From the NCBI GenBank assembly GCA_042218495.1, contig JBDGRC010000067.1, forward strand, positions 1-38,117: a DNA stretch of 38,117 nucleotides, read 5' to 3'. The number at the start of each line of letters is the position of its first letter. The first letter of the stretch is position 1. The notes under the pieces were generated by a model. That model saw only the letters and a list, made by a program, of their open reading frames with translations, searched no databases and was not told the origin of the DNA. The translations under genes and the position numbers were made by a program. The DNA is from Candidatus Nanohaloarchaea archaeon (GTDB lineage Archaea; Nanohalarchaeota; Nanosalinia; Nanosalinales; Nanosalinaceae). Shown here piece after piece: positions 1 through 8,723 of this stretch.

Positions 1-2
1 AC

Positions 3-1055
3 TTCGAGTACGAGGAGAAGATGGAGAAGTTTGGTATAGAGCCGGTGGAGGAGATTAGCGGGAAGCTCCCGGACCGCCGTTACGTCTCCCGTGGAATACT
101 TTTCGGACACCGCGGAATGGAGGAGTTTCTGGATGCTGCGTCGGACGGCGAAGAGGTCGCGGCGATGACGGGCATAATGCCTTCCGGTAGCATGCATCTC
201 GGCCACAAGGTCGTGGTCGACACGATGGTGATGCTGCAGGAGATGGGGGCCGAGATCACTCTGACGGCGGCCGATATCGAGGCTTACAACACGCGCGGCA
301 TGAGCTTCGATGAGTCGAGGAAGCTGGTGATCGAAGAGTACCTGACGAACTACGTAGCTCTCGGCCTTGATCTTGACAGGACCGACTTCTACTTCCAGAG
401 CGAGGGAGGTAACGGTTACCACACGCTCTCCAAAAAGTTCGGGAGTCACCTGACCCAGAACGAGGTCGAGGCGACGTACGGGGGTGCGGAACCGGCGAAG
501 ATCGCCTCTGCGCTGACGCAGTACGCCGACATACTCAGGCCGCAGTTCAACGGGCCGAAGCCGACGGTGGTTCCTGTAGGAATCGATCAGGATCCTCATA
601 TCAGGCTGACGCGGGAGGTCGCCAGGAAGTACGGTGGAAAGGAGTTTATGAAACCCGCGTCCCTGTACAACAAGTTCATGCATGGTCTACAGGGCGGCAA
701 GATGTCCAGCAGCGATCCGGACTCGTATATAGCGCTGACAGACTCCGTGGAGGAAGCGAAACGGAAGATTGACAGCGCGAAGACAGGCGGACAGGAATCG
801 GTTGAGGAACACCGCCGGAAGGGCGCTGACCTATCAGAGGACATGGTATTCGAGCTACTAGCCTTCCATCTGGTCGACGACGACTCCGAACTTGACCGCA
901 TCAGGCAGGAGTACTCGAACGGCGAGATGCTCTCCGGGGAGATAAAGCAGATCGCGAAGGACAGGATCGAGGAGTTCCTGGTCGATCACCAGAGGAAGAG
1001 GGAGGAGGCAAGGCCACGGGTGATGGAGGAAGTACAGGATTCGGAAACTGTTTAA
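3..1055 (+). CDS. trpS: Tryptophanyl-tRNA synthetase (archaeal type), N-terminus probably outside the window
   Basis: Class I motifs HLGH and KMSSS, plus TGIMPSG and VPVGIDQDPH. The frame is open from position 3 (FEYEEKMEKFGI), so the true start is likely upstream. Confidence 0.95.
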   Translation, partial: FEYEEKMEKFGIEPVEEISGKLPDRRYVSRGILFGHRGMEEFLDAASDGEEVAAMTGIMPSGSMHLGHKVVVDTMVMLQEMGAEITLTAADIEAYNTRGMSFDESRKLVIEEYLTNYVALGLDLDRTDFYFQSEGGNGYHTLSKKFGSHLTQNEVEATYGGAEPAKIASALTQYADILRPQFNGPKPTVVPVGIDQDPHIRLTREVARKYGGKEFMKPASLYNKFMHGLQGGKMSSSDPDSYIALTDSVEEAKRKIDSAKTGGQESVEEHRRKGADLSEDMVFELLAFHLVDDDSELDRIRQEYSNGEMLSGEIKQIAKDRIEEFLVDHQRKREEARPRVMEEVQDSETV

Positions 1056-1058
1056 ATA
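1051..1058 (+). promoter_or_regulatory. TATA box of the downstream membrane-protein gene
   Basis: TTTAAATA overlaps the trpS stop and begins 27 nt before GTG 1078; no SD is present. Confidence 0.5.
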
Positions 1059-1077
1059 GAAGTCCGGCAACTAAGAC

Positions 1078-1890
1078 GTGATACCGGAGTTCATTCTCAG
1101 GGAGGAGGAAGACAGAAGCCTGGGGAGGCTTTTTGTTCTCGGCCTTGCATCTTCGCTGACAGGAATCCTGCTGGCTGTGCTGCTTTTCCCGGACGACTCC
1201 GGGTTCGCATCCGTTGCCTTCGCTTCTCTTCCGCTCGTCTATCCTCTCATGACCGAGTTTCTGGACGATGAAAAGGAGAAGAGACCCCATGTTCCGGAGA
1301 TTATGATATACGGAGCTCTGTTTGCCGGCGAGGCGGCAGGATTTTTCCTTGCGGCACTCCACGATCCCTCGGTTCTGGAGATGCAGGTGTCGGTGTTCGA
1401 GATCAAGCTCGGTCAGCTGGGAGTCACAGGCTACGCTATTCAGGACGCGGGTACTGCGGCAATACTGGCCAACAACCTGATGGTGTTTTCGTTTATACTC
1501 CTCGCTTCCTCACTGATTGGATCGGCGGGAGCTTTCATAATCTCGTGGAATGCATCGGTGCTGGGGGCTTTTCTCGGGGTTATAACGAGGGAGATGCCGT
1601 CCACGCGGGCTCTTCTCACCGGATACTCGGAAGTTCCACCCCCGGTCGCCTACGTTCCTCATGCATCACTGGAGATGTCGGGATTTGTCGTTGCGGGAAT
1701 CGCCGGCAGCATGATATCCGCCTCCGTCTACCGCAGGCACTTCGACAGGGAGACGTGGATCGATCTGGCAAAGCTTGTCCTCACTGGGCTCGCATTGCTG
1801 CTCTCTGGAGCCTTCTTGGAGACCGGGATGACCGCGGCGTTCCTGGTATCTGCCGTTGCTGCCGCCGGTTCGGCAGCCTGGATGCGGTGA
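1078..1890 (+). CDS. SpoIIM/DUF95-like polytopic membrane protein
   Basis: About 7-8 hydrophobic segments; ILANNL, WNASVLG and PHASLEM motifs typical of stage II sporulation protein M family. Confidence 0.75.
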   Translation: MIPEFILREEEDRSLGRLFVLGLASSLTGILLAVLLFPDDSGFASVAFASLPLVYPLMTEFLDDEKEKRPHVPEIMIYGALFAGEAAGFFLAALHDPSVLEMQVSVFEIKLGQLGVTGYAIQDAGTAAILANNLMVFSFILLASSLIGSAGAFIISWNASVLGAFLGVITREMPSTRALLTGYSEVPPPVAYVPHASLEMSGFVVAGIAGSMISASVYRRHFDRETWIDLAKLVLTGLALLLSGAFLETGMTAAFLVSAVAAAGSAAWMR

Positions 1891-1921
1891 CAATAATAAA
1901 TCTGTCTTCTACAGGTCAAAC

Positions 1922-3298
1922 ATGGAACTCACAACTCAGGCAAAGAGGCTTCTGGAGCGCCTGAGGACATCGTCGGCGACGGTCTCTGACCTCGAGGCCG
2001 AGGGGATGGACCAGTCGATGGTGAACAGGGCCCTCCTGGAGCTGAAGGATCAGGGGCTGGCGGAGGTCGAAACGCAGGAGGAGGTCGCGAGAAAAGTCAC
2101 CGAGAAGGGCGAAAAAGTAATGGAGAAAGGATCTCCCGAGTACAGGCTTGTAGAGAAGCTAAAGGAAGAGGAGCCTATCAAGGCTGGTGAAACCGGCCTA
2201 CCGGACGTCGCGCTCGGAAAGGCCCAACAGAAAGGGTGGATAGAGATAGAAGACGGGGAGGTGCTCCTTGACGAGGACGCGAATCCTGATGATGAAGTGC
2301 GTCTCAGGCTGGAGACAGAGGACTTCAGCGAGGAGTTAGAGGAGCGGGGCCTTGTTGAAACGGAGATAGAGGTCGAGAAGCATCTCCAGCTGACGGAAAA
2401 GGGCCGTGATCTGGATCTCGAGGACGTCGAGGAAGATTTCGACGTGGAGGCGAGAACTAAGACACCGAGAACGGGCAGGAAGCATTTTTACAGGGGTATA
2501 ATGGATCACGCCCGCCAGGTCTGGCTGGAGATGGGCTTCAGGGAGATCGAGGGCGACTACGTTGTTCCCTCGCTGATAAACTTCGATGCGCTCTACACGC
2601 CGCAGGATCACCCTGCGAGAGAGCTTCATGACACTTTCTTCATGGAGAATCCTGAGAGGGCGTCCCTGGCGCAGTACGGAAACAAGGTCGGTAAGATAAG
2701 AGACGTTCACCAAGACGGAGGCAGCACCGGTAGCTCTGGCTGGGATTACGACTGGAATAGATCGGAGGCGGAGAAAAACGTCCTCAGAACTCACACAACC
2801 GCCGCCACGATTCGAAGGATACACGAAATCGACGTCAATCAGGAGGATCTGCCCAAGAAGTTCTTCACGCTCGGCAGGAACTTCAGGAACGAGACGGTGG
2901 ACAGACACCACCTGGCGGAGTTCTACCAGACGGACGGCATCGTCGTCGGCGAGGATCTGTCTTTCAGAAACCTCAAGGGGTACATAAGCGAGTTCTTCGA
3001 GAGGATGGGTTACGACGAATTCAAGCTCATCCCGAGCTACTATCCCTACACCGAGATGAGCGTCGAGGTACAGGTCTACGACGATGAGTCGCAGGAATGG
3101 ATAGGTCTGGGCGGCGCAGGCATGTTCAGACCCGAGGTGGTAGAGCCGATGCTGGGATTCGAGGCAAACGTGCTCGCATGGGGACTGGGGATCGGAAGGA
3201 TAGCAATGAAGGCAGCGGAACTGGATGATATCAGAGAACTGTACAGGAACGACCTTGAAACACTGGAGCGGACTCCGGTCTGGAGGCCCGATGTATGA
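1922..3298 (+). CDS. pheS: Phenylalanyl-tRNA synthetase alpha subunit
   Basis: NFDALYTPQDHPARELHDTFF, LRTHTT, FRNETVDRHHLAEFYQTDG, YYPYTEMS, GAGMFRPE, AWGLGIGR. Start is placed at ATG 1922 rather than the TTG at 1856 that overlaps the upstream gene. Confidence 0.97.
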   Translation: MELTTQAKRLLERLRTSSATVSDLEAEGMDQSMVNRALLELKDQGLAEVETQEEVARKVTEKGEKVMEKGSPEYRLVEKLKEEEPIKAGETGLPDVALGKAQQKGWIEIEDGEVLLDEDANPDDEVRLRLETEDFSEELEERGLVETEIEVEKHLQLTEKGRDLDLEDVEEDFDVEARTKTPRTGRKHFYRGIMDHARQVWLEMGFREIEGDYVVPSLINFDALYTPQDHPARELHDTFFMENPERASLAQYGNKVGKIRDVHQDGGSTGSSGWDYDWNRSEAEKNVLRTHTTAATIRRIHEIDVNQEDLPKKFFTLGRNFRNETVDRHHLAEFYQTDGIVVGEDLSFRNLKGYISEFFERMGYDEFKLIPSYYPYTEMSVEVQVYDDESQEWIGLGGAGMFRPEVVEPMLGFEANVLAWGLGIGRIAMKAAELDDIRELYRNDLETLERTPVWRPDV

Positions 3299-3337
3299 TG
3301 AGGGGGGCTGAAAAAATCATGGAGGCGATTCTGTAGC

Positions 3338-4990
3338 ATGGCGCACGTTGAGATCGACAGGAGGGAGTTTGAGGAGCTTCTGGGGCGCTCGGTGTCGGAA
3401 CAGGAGCTCAGGGAGAATGCCTCGGATCTCGGAGTCCACTGGACTCACGTCGAAGGACCAAAATGGGACGTGGAGGTGTACCCGAACCGTCCCGATCTCC
3501 TGAGCGTTGAAGGACTGGCGAGAGCTTATCGGGGATTCTTCGACGTCTATACCGGTCGAGAGGAGTACGAAGCTGAGCCCGGAGACCTGGAGCTATCGGT
3601 GGACGGCTCGGTGGACCAAGTCAGGCCTTTTATCGGAGCTGCGGTTGTTAGAGGTCTTGAACTGACCGAGAAGAAGATAAACGGTCTCATACAGCTGCAG
3701 GAGAAGCTACACGAAACCATAGGTAGAAGAAGAGACAAGATAGCTATAGGTCTTCACGACATGTCGGAACTGGAACCTCCGTTCGAATACAGGGCCGCGG
3801 ATCCGGAATCTGTTAGATTTCGACCTCTCGAGCACGAAAAAATACTCCGGCTGGATGAAATACTGGCAAACCACGATAAAGGCAGGGAGTACGCCTGGAT
3901 ACTTGAAGATGAGACCGAGTATCCTGTCATCGTTGATTCGGAGAATCAGGTTCTTTCATTCCCTCCAATAATAAACAACCAGCTCACGGAGGTGGATGAA
4001 GTTACATCGGACGTCTTCGTGGATGTCACGGGCAAGGACCGCCAGACAGTGAATCGAGTCCTGAACATACTGGCCACCGCTCTCGCGGAGCGTGGAGGTA
4101 CGGTCGAGTCGGTGGATGTGGCCGGCGAGGAGATGCCCGGGCTTGATCCGTATGTGAGGGAGCTGGACCCTGAATACCTGAGAGATGTCTCCGGCCTGGA
4201 ACTTGAAGACGAAGAGATACTGCATAAACTCAGGGAGATGAAGCACGGGGCAGAGATGTCGGAAGATGGGATTCTGGTCGAGGTTCCCTGCTACAGAAAC
4301 GACGTGATGCACCAGTACGACCTAATTGAGGACGCGGTTATCGCCCACAGGTACTCCAATATCGAGCCCGGGATACCAGAGATCGATCAGATAGGTGAAA
4401 GAAAGCCTCTCGGACGTTTCCAGGATGTTTTGAGAGATTCTCTGCAGGGAGCGGGAGCGATGGAGGCTCATACCTACATACTCTCCAGCGAAGAGAAGCT
4501 TTTCGACAGGATGGAAAGGGAAAGGTCTGAAGTTGCCTCGATGAGCAACGCTCTGACAGAGGATTACTCCGTTGTCCGAAGCTCGCTCCTGCCGTCTCTC
4601 ATGGAGGCTTTGAGGGACAATCGCCACCGTCAGTACCCCCAGCAGTTCTTTGAGGTGGCTGAAGTCGTCGAGCTAGATGATTCGCAGACAGGGGCGTCGA
4701 ACAGGCCAAGGATCGCGTATGTGACCTGCGGTCCCTCCATCAACTACAACAGCGCAAGAAAGATGTTGCAGGTGCTGGAGCGTGATCTGGGAATTGAGCT
4801 GGAGGTAAGAGAGTCGGATGAGGAAGGCATGCGACCCGAGAGATCGGCGCAGATCCTTGACCAGCAGGAAGGCAGGATCGGTATTCTGGGCGAGTTCAGG
4901 AGTCAGGTGTCGGAGAACTGGGGGATCGAACATCCCATTGCCGGGTTTGAGCTATATGTTGAGAAGCTTATGGATATACGTGGCCGATGA
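3338..4990 (+). CDS. pheT: Phenylalanyl-tRNA synthetase beta subunit (short archaeal type)
   Basis: PNRPDLLSVEGLARA, QEKLHETIGRRR, SFPPIIN, VPCYRNDVMHQYDLIED; directly follows pheS. Confidence 0.97.
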   Translation: MAHVEIDRREFEELLGRSVSEQELRENASDLGVHWTHVEGPKWDVEVYPNRPDLLSVEGLARAYRGFFDVYTGREEYEAEPGDLELSVDGSVDQVRPFIGAAVVRGLELTEKKINGLIQLQEKLHETIGRRRDKIAIGLHDMSELEPPFEYRAADPESVRFRPLEHEKILRLDEILANHDKGREYAWILEDETEYPVIVDSENQVLSFPPIINNQLTEVDEVTSDVFVDVTGKDRQTVNRVLNILATALAERGGTVESVDVAGEEMPGLDPYVRELDPEYLRDVSGLELEDEEILHKLREMKHGAEMSEDGILVEVPCYRNDVMHQYDLIEDAVIAHRYSNIEPGIPEIDQIGERKPLGRFQDVLRDSLQGAGAMEAHTYILSSEEKLFDRMERERSEVASMSNALTEDYSVVRSSLLPSLMEALRDNRHRQYPQQFFEVAEVVELDDSQTGASNRPRIAYVTCGPSINYNSARKMLQVLERDLGIELEVRESDEEGMRPERSAQILDQQEGRIGILGEFRSQVSENWGIEHPIAGFELYVEKLMDIRGR

Positions 4991-5037
4991 TGAACCCTGC
5001 GGGACCAGGCTGATGCCTGTGATTGAGTGCTGAGGCC
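4982..5037 (+). ncRNA. Candidate box C/D guide sRNA
   Basis: GGCC terminal stem (4982-85 with 5034-37), C box ATGATGA 4987-93 containing the pheT stop, C'-like CTGATGC 5010-16, D box CTGA 5030-33, spacers of about 11-13 nt, 56 nt total. The D' box is degenerate. Confidence 0.6.
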
Positions 5038-5038
5038 C

Positions 5039-5230
5039 CTAAACTTTTACCTCGGACTCCGTAGGTATTACCAGCCACGCGACTATGTAGGCAAGAGGAC
5101 TGAATCCGGAAAGAACCAGAACGACGGTCACAAGCCTTACCAGGGACGGATCCATGTCGTAGACTTCGGCTATTCCTCCGCAGACTCCTCCAAGAATCCT
5201 GTCGGACTCCGACCGGTACAGTCGGGTCAC
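5039..5230 (-). CDS. pspC: PspC domain membrane protein
   Basis: LYRSESDRILGGVCGGIAEVYDMDPSLVRL followed by a TM helix and YIVAWLVIP. Confidence 0.9.
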   Translation of the reverse strand: MTRLYRSESDRILGGVCGGIAEVYDMDPSLVRLVTVVLVLSGFSPLAYIVAWLVIPTESEVKV

Positions 5231-5715
5231 CTGACTTCTTCCTCGTGGCTTGAGGTGTAATCAAACAGTTCATCAGTGTTGAACCAGATGTCGATCTCCT
5301 CCTCGGCCTCTTCTTTCGTTGCAGACGCGTGCACGAGGTTCTTGTACAGTCCTCCGGATTCGTCTGCGTGTTCCATCGACATGTGGCCAAACCTTCCTCT
5401 TATGGTTGCAGGATGTGACTCCGACGCGTCCGTATCTCCTATGAGTTTCCTCATGTTGGAAACCGCATGCACGCCTTCGACCGCCATCGCGACTACCGGT
5501 CCCTGTTTCATGTATTCTGCAAGTCCTTCGTAGAAGTCCTTGTCTACGTGCTCCGAGTAATGCTCCTCCAGCAGTTCATCGTCGGCCTCGACCATCTTGA
5601 CTCCGACTATCTTCATGCCGGTTTCCTCGATCATCGAGGTTATCTCGCCTACTATTCCTCTCTTTACCGCGTCGGGCTTGAGCGCCACAAGCGTCGTCTC
5701 CACGTGCTCTGTCAT
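5227..5715 (-). CDS. ndk: Nucleoside diphosphate kinase
   Basis: TLVALKPDAVKRG, HYSEH, GPVVAM, TIRGRFG, NLVHAS (catalytic His), EIDIWF. Confidence 0.96.
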   Translation of the reverse strand: MTEHVETTLVALKPDAVKRGIVGEITSMIEETGMKIVGVKMVEADDELLEEHYSEHVDKDFYEGLAEYMKQGPVVAMAVEGVHAVSNMRKLIGDTDASESHPATIRGRFGHMSMEHADESGGLYKNLVHASATKEEAEEEIDIWFNTDELFDYTSSHEEEVR

Positions 5716-5765
5716 TTTAGTTCTCCTCTAAGTCAAAATGCTCCGGCAACGTTTTTTAAACCGTT

Positions 5766-6209
5766 CTAGTTTCGTGCATCGAGGTCTCTGTGAAACGTCT
5801 CCTCACACGGAAGCAGGTCAACCTGCTCGTTCTGGAGCCACTCGTCCGCTGTTCGGTTCCTGTACGAGACCTCGGAGGTCCACTCCATGCCCTCTGTTCC
5901 GTCTCCGCAGGCCCCGTAAGCCCTCAGCATGAGCTCGGACTCGACCTTCCTGTAGAAGTTCGGCGTCCCTTTCTCGATTCTTGAGTAGTTGTCGTAGTTG
6001 AACGTCCTGTGGTCCTGTCTCTGGATTCCCAGACAGATGCCGGCGTCGAGACCCGCGCAGTCCGTCTCCACCTCAACCATGCCGACCCTTACCGGCTCAT
6101 CAGGTGTCGCCAGGTTGTGAGCAGCGGCGAAGCCCGCAACTATCAGAACTGAAACCCCGAGCTTTACCAGCCTGCTCCTGAGATCGTCGGAAATTTCCAG
6201 GTCCTCCAT
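5766..6209 (-). CDS. Hypothetical membrane-anchored protein with a Cys-containing extracellular domain
   Basis: Likely start is MEDLEIS at 6209; one N-terminal TM helix, then an acidic domain with 4 Cys. A divergent TATA-like element lies around 6235-6240. Confidence 0.7.
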   Translation of the reverse strand: MEDLEISDDLRSRLVKLGVSVLIVAGFAAAHNLATPDEPVRVGMVEVETDCAGLDAGICLGIQRQDHRTFNYDNYSRIEKGTPNFYRKVESELMLRAYGACGDGTEGMEWTSEVSYRNRTADEWLQNEQVDLLPCEETFHRDLDARN

Positions 6210-6287
6210 GCTACACCGATGCGTGGGAAGGCGTATAAAACCGCTGGAGGTTGGACTTAAGAAATAGAGCCAACGATAGTTCTGTAG

Positions 6288-8153
6288 ATGCAACTGGGAA
6301 CAATAGAGGGCGAGGTAGATACCTCCTCGTTCGAGTTCAGGGCCGTTGAGGAAGTGGGAAAGTTCGACTTCGTCTCTGTTAAATCCAATGGAAAGTGGAT
6401 TCTGGCCCAGGTGGAAGAGGTAACAAAGCAGCCTGATGGCGAGACGTTCGCAGAAGCTAACATAATCGGTTACAGAGACAAGGGGTTGACGAAGGCTCCA
6501 AGACAGGTTATAGAGCCTGATTCCATTGTCTACGAGGCCGATCAGGAGCTAATTGCTGAAACGCTGGGCCTGGAGGATGCCGGTCTGGAGGTCGGAAATC
6601 TGGAGACAAACCCAGATATAGATATATTCGTCGATGAAGAGGACTTCTACAAGCATTTCGCTGTCTTAGCTCAAACTGGAGCGGGGAAGAGCTATCTCAG
6701 CGGCGTATTACTGGAAGAACTGCTTGCTGAGGACTTCCCTATACTTGTTCTGGATCCTCACGGTGAGTATTCGTCCCTGAGCAGTCCGAATCCGGAGCGT
6801 GATGACGGCGAGGCAGAGGGCTTCGAGATCAAGCACTACTCGCCTAACACGGACGTGAATGCGGAGGCTCTTCCTCTGCGCTTCTCCTCGCTAAATATGG
6901 AGAAGAAGGAGCTGCTTGAGGTGATACCTGATTCCCTCACAAACTCCCAGATGGGGGTTCTCTACAACGCGCTGAAGCGCCTGAGAGAGAAGGAGGATGA
7001 CTACTCATTGAACGACATAATGGATGCGGTCAGCCAGGAGGATTCAACCGCCAAGTGGAACCTCCTGAATTCGCTGGAGCAGATCGAGGAGAGCAACCTT
7101 TTCTCTGATTCTCCTACTGATCTTAGAGATCTTCTGGAGCCTGGCTGCGCAACTATCGTTAATCTGAAGGCGGTGGAGCCTGAAGCTACAGAGATGACGG
7201 CTTACCTCCTATCGAAGAGGCTTTTCGATCTGAGAAAGAGGGATAAGATTCCTCCCTTTGTCATGCTGATGGAGGAGGCCCACAACTTTGCGCCGGAACA
7301 GTCGTTCGGAAAGGCTCTATCAAGTGAAATTCTCAGGAAGATCGCCTCGGAGGGGAGGAAGTTCGGCCTTGGAATCGGAGTCATATCCCAGAGGCCGGCA
7401 AGGATCGACAAGAACGTGCTTTCCCAGTGCAACACGCAGTTCATCCTCAGGGTGTCCAATCCCAACGACCTGAAGGCAATATCGAAGTCATTCGAGGGCG
7501 TAACATCCGAGGTCGAGTCGATGATAACCTCGCTTCCGCCAGGGGTCTGCTTCGTCCTTGGAAACGAGTATCCTGTAATGACGGAGGTGAGACAGCGATA
7601 TTCGATGCACGGCGGCGAAACCCAGACAGGCGAGGAGTACGTGGAGAAGAAAAGCATCAGATGTATTGAACCGCGTGAAGATCTGGATGAAGTCCGCAAC
7701 GAACGAGGAGGTGGTTTTTCCGCGGCTTACTATCCCATCTACCGCGTGGAGAACGAAAATAAGGAGATGATAGTCGACGGGGTAAAGGGGGAGATCAAGG
7801 CTGAGAGGGAGAAGCTTTCGGGCCGGGAGTCGAAGGTGCTGGAGAAGCTGAAGGGCGGCATGGAAAAATCAGAGCTCGTCGAGCAGATGGGCATCAGCGT
7901 GGCGAAGATATCTTCAGTCCAGCAAAGCCTGGTAGAGAAGGGTTACGTCGATGAGGAGATGTCTCCGGCGGACTCCGTACTCGACTTTCCTGTAGAGGAG
8001 CTTGACGTCCGTGAGTCCGATCTGATAGAGTTCAAGGTGGATGAATCCGGGGCTGCATCGAAACTGGATGGATCGGAGGTGGAGGAACTGCGGTATCCTT
8101 ACTACTCGAAGGGGGAAACCGTCTACGATCCCGTTCTGGGAAAGGAGCTCTGA
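6288..8153 (+). CDS. HerA/FtsK-family ATPase (HAS barrel + DUF87) with C-terminal wHTH-containing extension
   Basis: N-terminal HAS-like barrel, KHFAVLAQTGAGKS (Walker A), DPHGEY, MEEAHNF (Walker B), EGRKFG, SQRPA, VLSQCNT. Confidence 0.9.
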   Translation: MQLGTIEGEVDTSSFEFRAVEEVGKFDFVSVKSNGKWILAQVEEVTKQPDGETFAEANIIGYRDKGLTKAPRQVIEPDSIVYEADQELIAETLGLEDAGLEVGNLETNPDIDIFVDEEDFYKHFAVLAQTGAGKSYLSGVLLEELLAEDFPILVLDPHGEYSSLSSPNPERDDGEAEGFEIKHYSPNTDVNAEALPLRFSSLNMEKKELLEVIPDSLTNSQMGVLYNALKRLREKEDDYSLNDIMDAVSQEDSTAKWNLLNSLEQIEESNLFSDSPTDLRDLLEPGCATIVNLKAVEPEATEMTAYLLSKRLFDLRKRDKIPPFVMLMEEAHNFAPEQSFGKALSSEILRKIASEGRKFGLGIGVISQRPARIDKNVLSQCNTQFILRVSNPNDLKAISKSFEGVTSEVESMITSLPPGVCFVLGNEYPVMTEVRQRYSMHGGETQTGEEYVEKKSIRCIEPREDLDEVRNERGGGFSAAYYPIYRVENENKEMIVDGVKGEIKAEREKLSGRESKVLEKLKGGMEKSELVEQMGISVAKISSVQQSLVEKGYVDEEMSPADSVLDFPVEELDVRESDLIEFKVDESGAASKLDGSEVEELRYPYYSKGETVYDPVLGKEL

Positions 8154-8162
8154 ACCTTTCGG

Positions 8163-8169
8163 TTTAAAA
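8163..8169 (+). promoter_or_regulatory. TATA box of the tRNA gene
   Basis: TTTAAAA begins 37 nt upstream of the tRNA 5' end. Confidence 0.6.
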
Positions 8170-8199
8170 CATTGCTGCTGACAAGTTCAAACTGCGGAA

Positions 8200-8331
8200 G
8201 GGTCCGTGGTCTAGCTGGTTATGACGTCGCCCTTACAGCCACTTCAGGGCCGTTGAGGTCGACTCAAGATGTCTTGGCCTGGAGTCTGGAGAGTAAGGCG
8301 AAGGTCCCCGGTTCGAACCCGGGCGGACCCA
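8200..8331 (+). tRNA. tRNA-Val(TAC) with a 58-nt intron at 37/38 (8238-8295); CCA not encoded
   Basis: Acceptor stem GGGTCCG/CGGACCC + A; D arm GTCTAGCTGGTTATGAC; anticodon stem TCGCC/GGCGA with CT-TAC-A; T arm CCCGG-TTCGAAC-CCGGG; BHB-like junction. Confidence 0.92.
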
Positions 8332-8381
8332 TGTACAGGAGAGGCAGGCAGGTTTAAACTCTCGGAGACAAGTTGATGAAC

Positions 8382-8723
8382 ATGAACGAGTACAAACAGG
8401 ACATAGTGCTGAGAGAGGATCTGGACGTCTCGACAGGAAAGCTGATATCCCAGGCCTGTCACGCTTCTCTGAACTCGTCGGCAAATGCGGACGAAGAAAC
8501 GGTGGATGAGTGGATGGAAGAGGGCGCCAGAAAGATCGTTCTCCAGGCCCCGAACCTGGAAGAGCTGAGAAATGACGCGGAGAAGCAGGGGGTGCCTTCG
8601 GCTCTGGTCAGGGATGCGGGCGAGACAGAGGTAGAGCCGGGAACGGTGACGGCCCTGGGGCTAGGTCCTGCCGGGAAGCGAAAACTGGAGAGTATTACCG
8701 GATCGCTGGAGCTGGTAGAATGA
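8382..8723 (+). CDS. pth2: Peptidyl-tRNA hydrolase 2
   Basis: KQDIVLREDL, GKLISQACHAS, KIVL, DAGETEVEPGTVTALGLGP. Start is ATG 8382 (or 8376); TTTAAA lies at 8353-8358. Confidence 0.93.
   Translation: MNEYKQDIVLREDLDVSTGKLISQACHASLNSSANADEETVDEWMEEGARKIVLQAPNLEELRNDAEKQGVPSALVRDAGETEVEPGTVTALGLGPAGKRKLESITGSLELVE

Noticed and set aside
1856-1921. Extended N-terminus for pheS
   Set aside because: It overlaps the upstream gene and an AT-rich promoter-like stretch; ATG 1922 is the better start.
8238-8295. Box C/D guide RNA inside the tRNA intron (as in euryarchaeal pre-tRNA-Trp)
   Set aside because: The intron contains no RTGATGA or CTGA boxes.
6288-8331. Integrated element or HerA-based defence system at the tRNA
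   Set aside because: No integrase, no duplicated tRNA 3' end in the window and no adjacent nuclease or Sir2 partner; the flanking genes are housekeeping.
8172-8484. Small ORFs at 8172-8357, 8233-8484 and 8244-8462
   Set aside because: They overlap the tRNA-Val gene and pth2.
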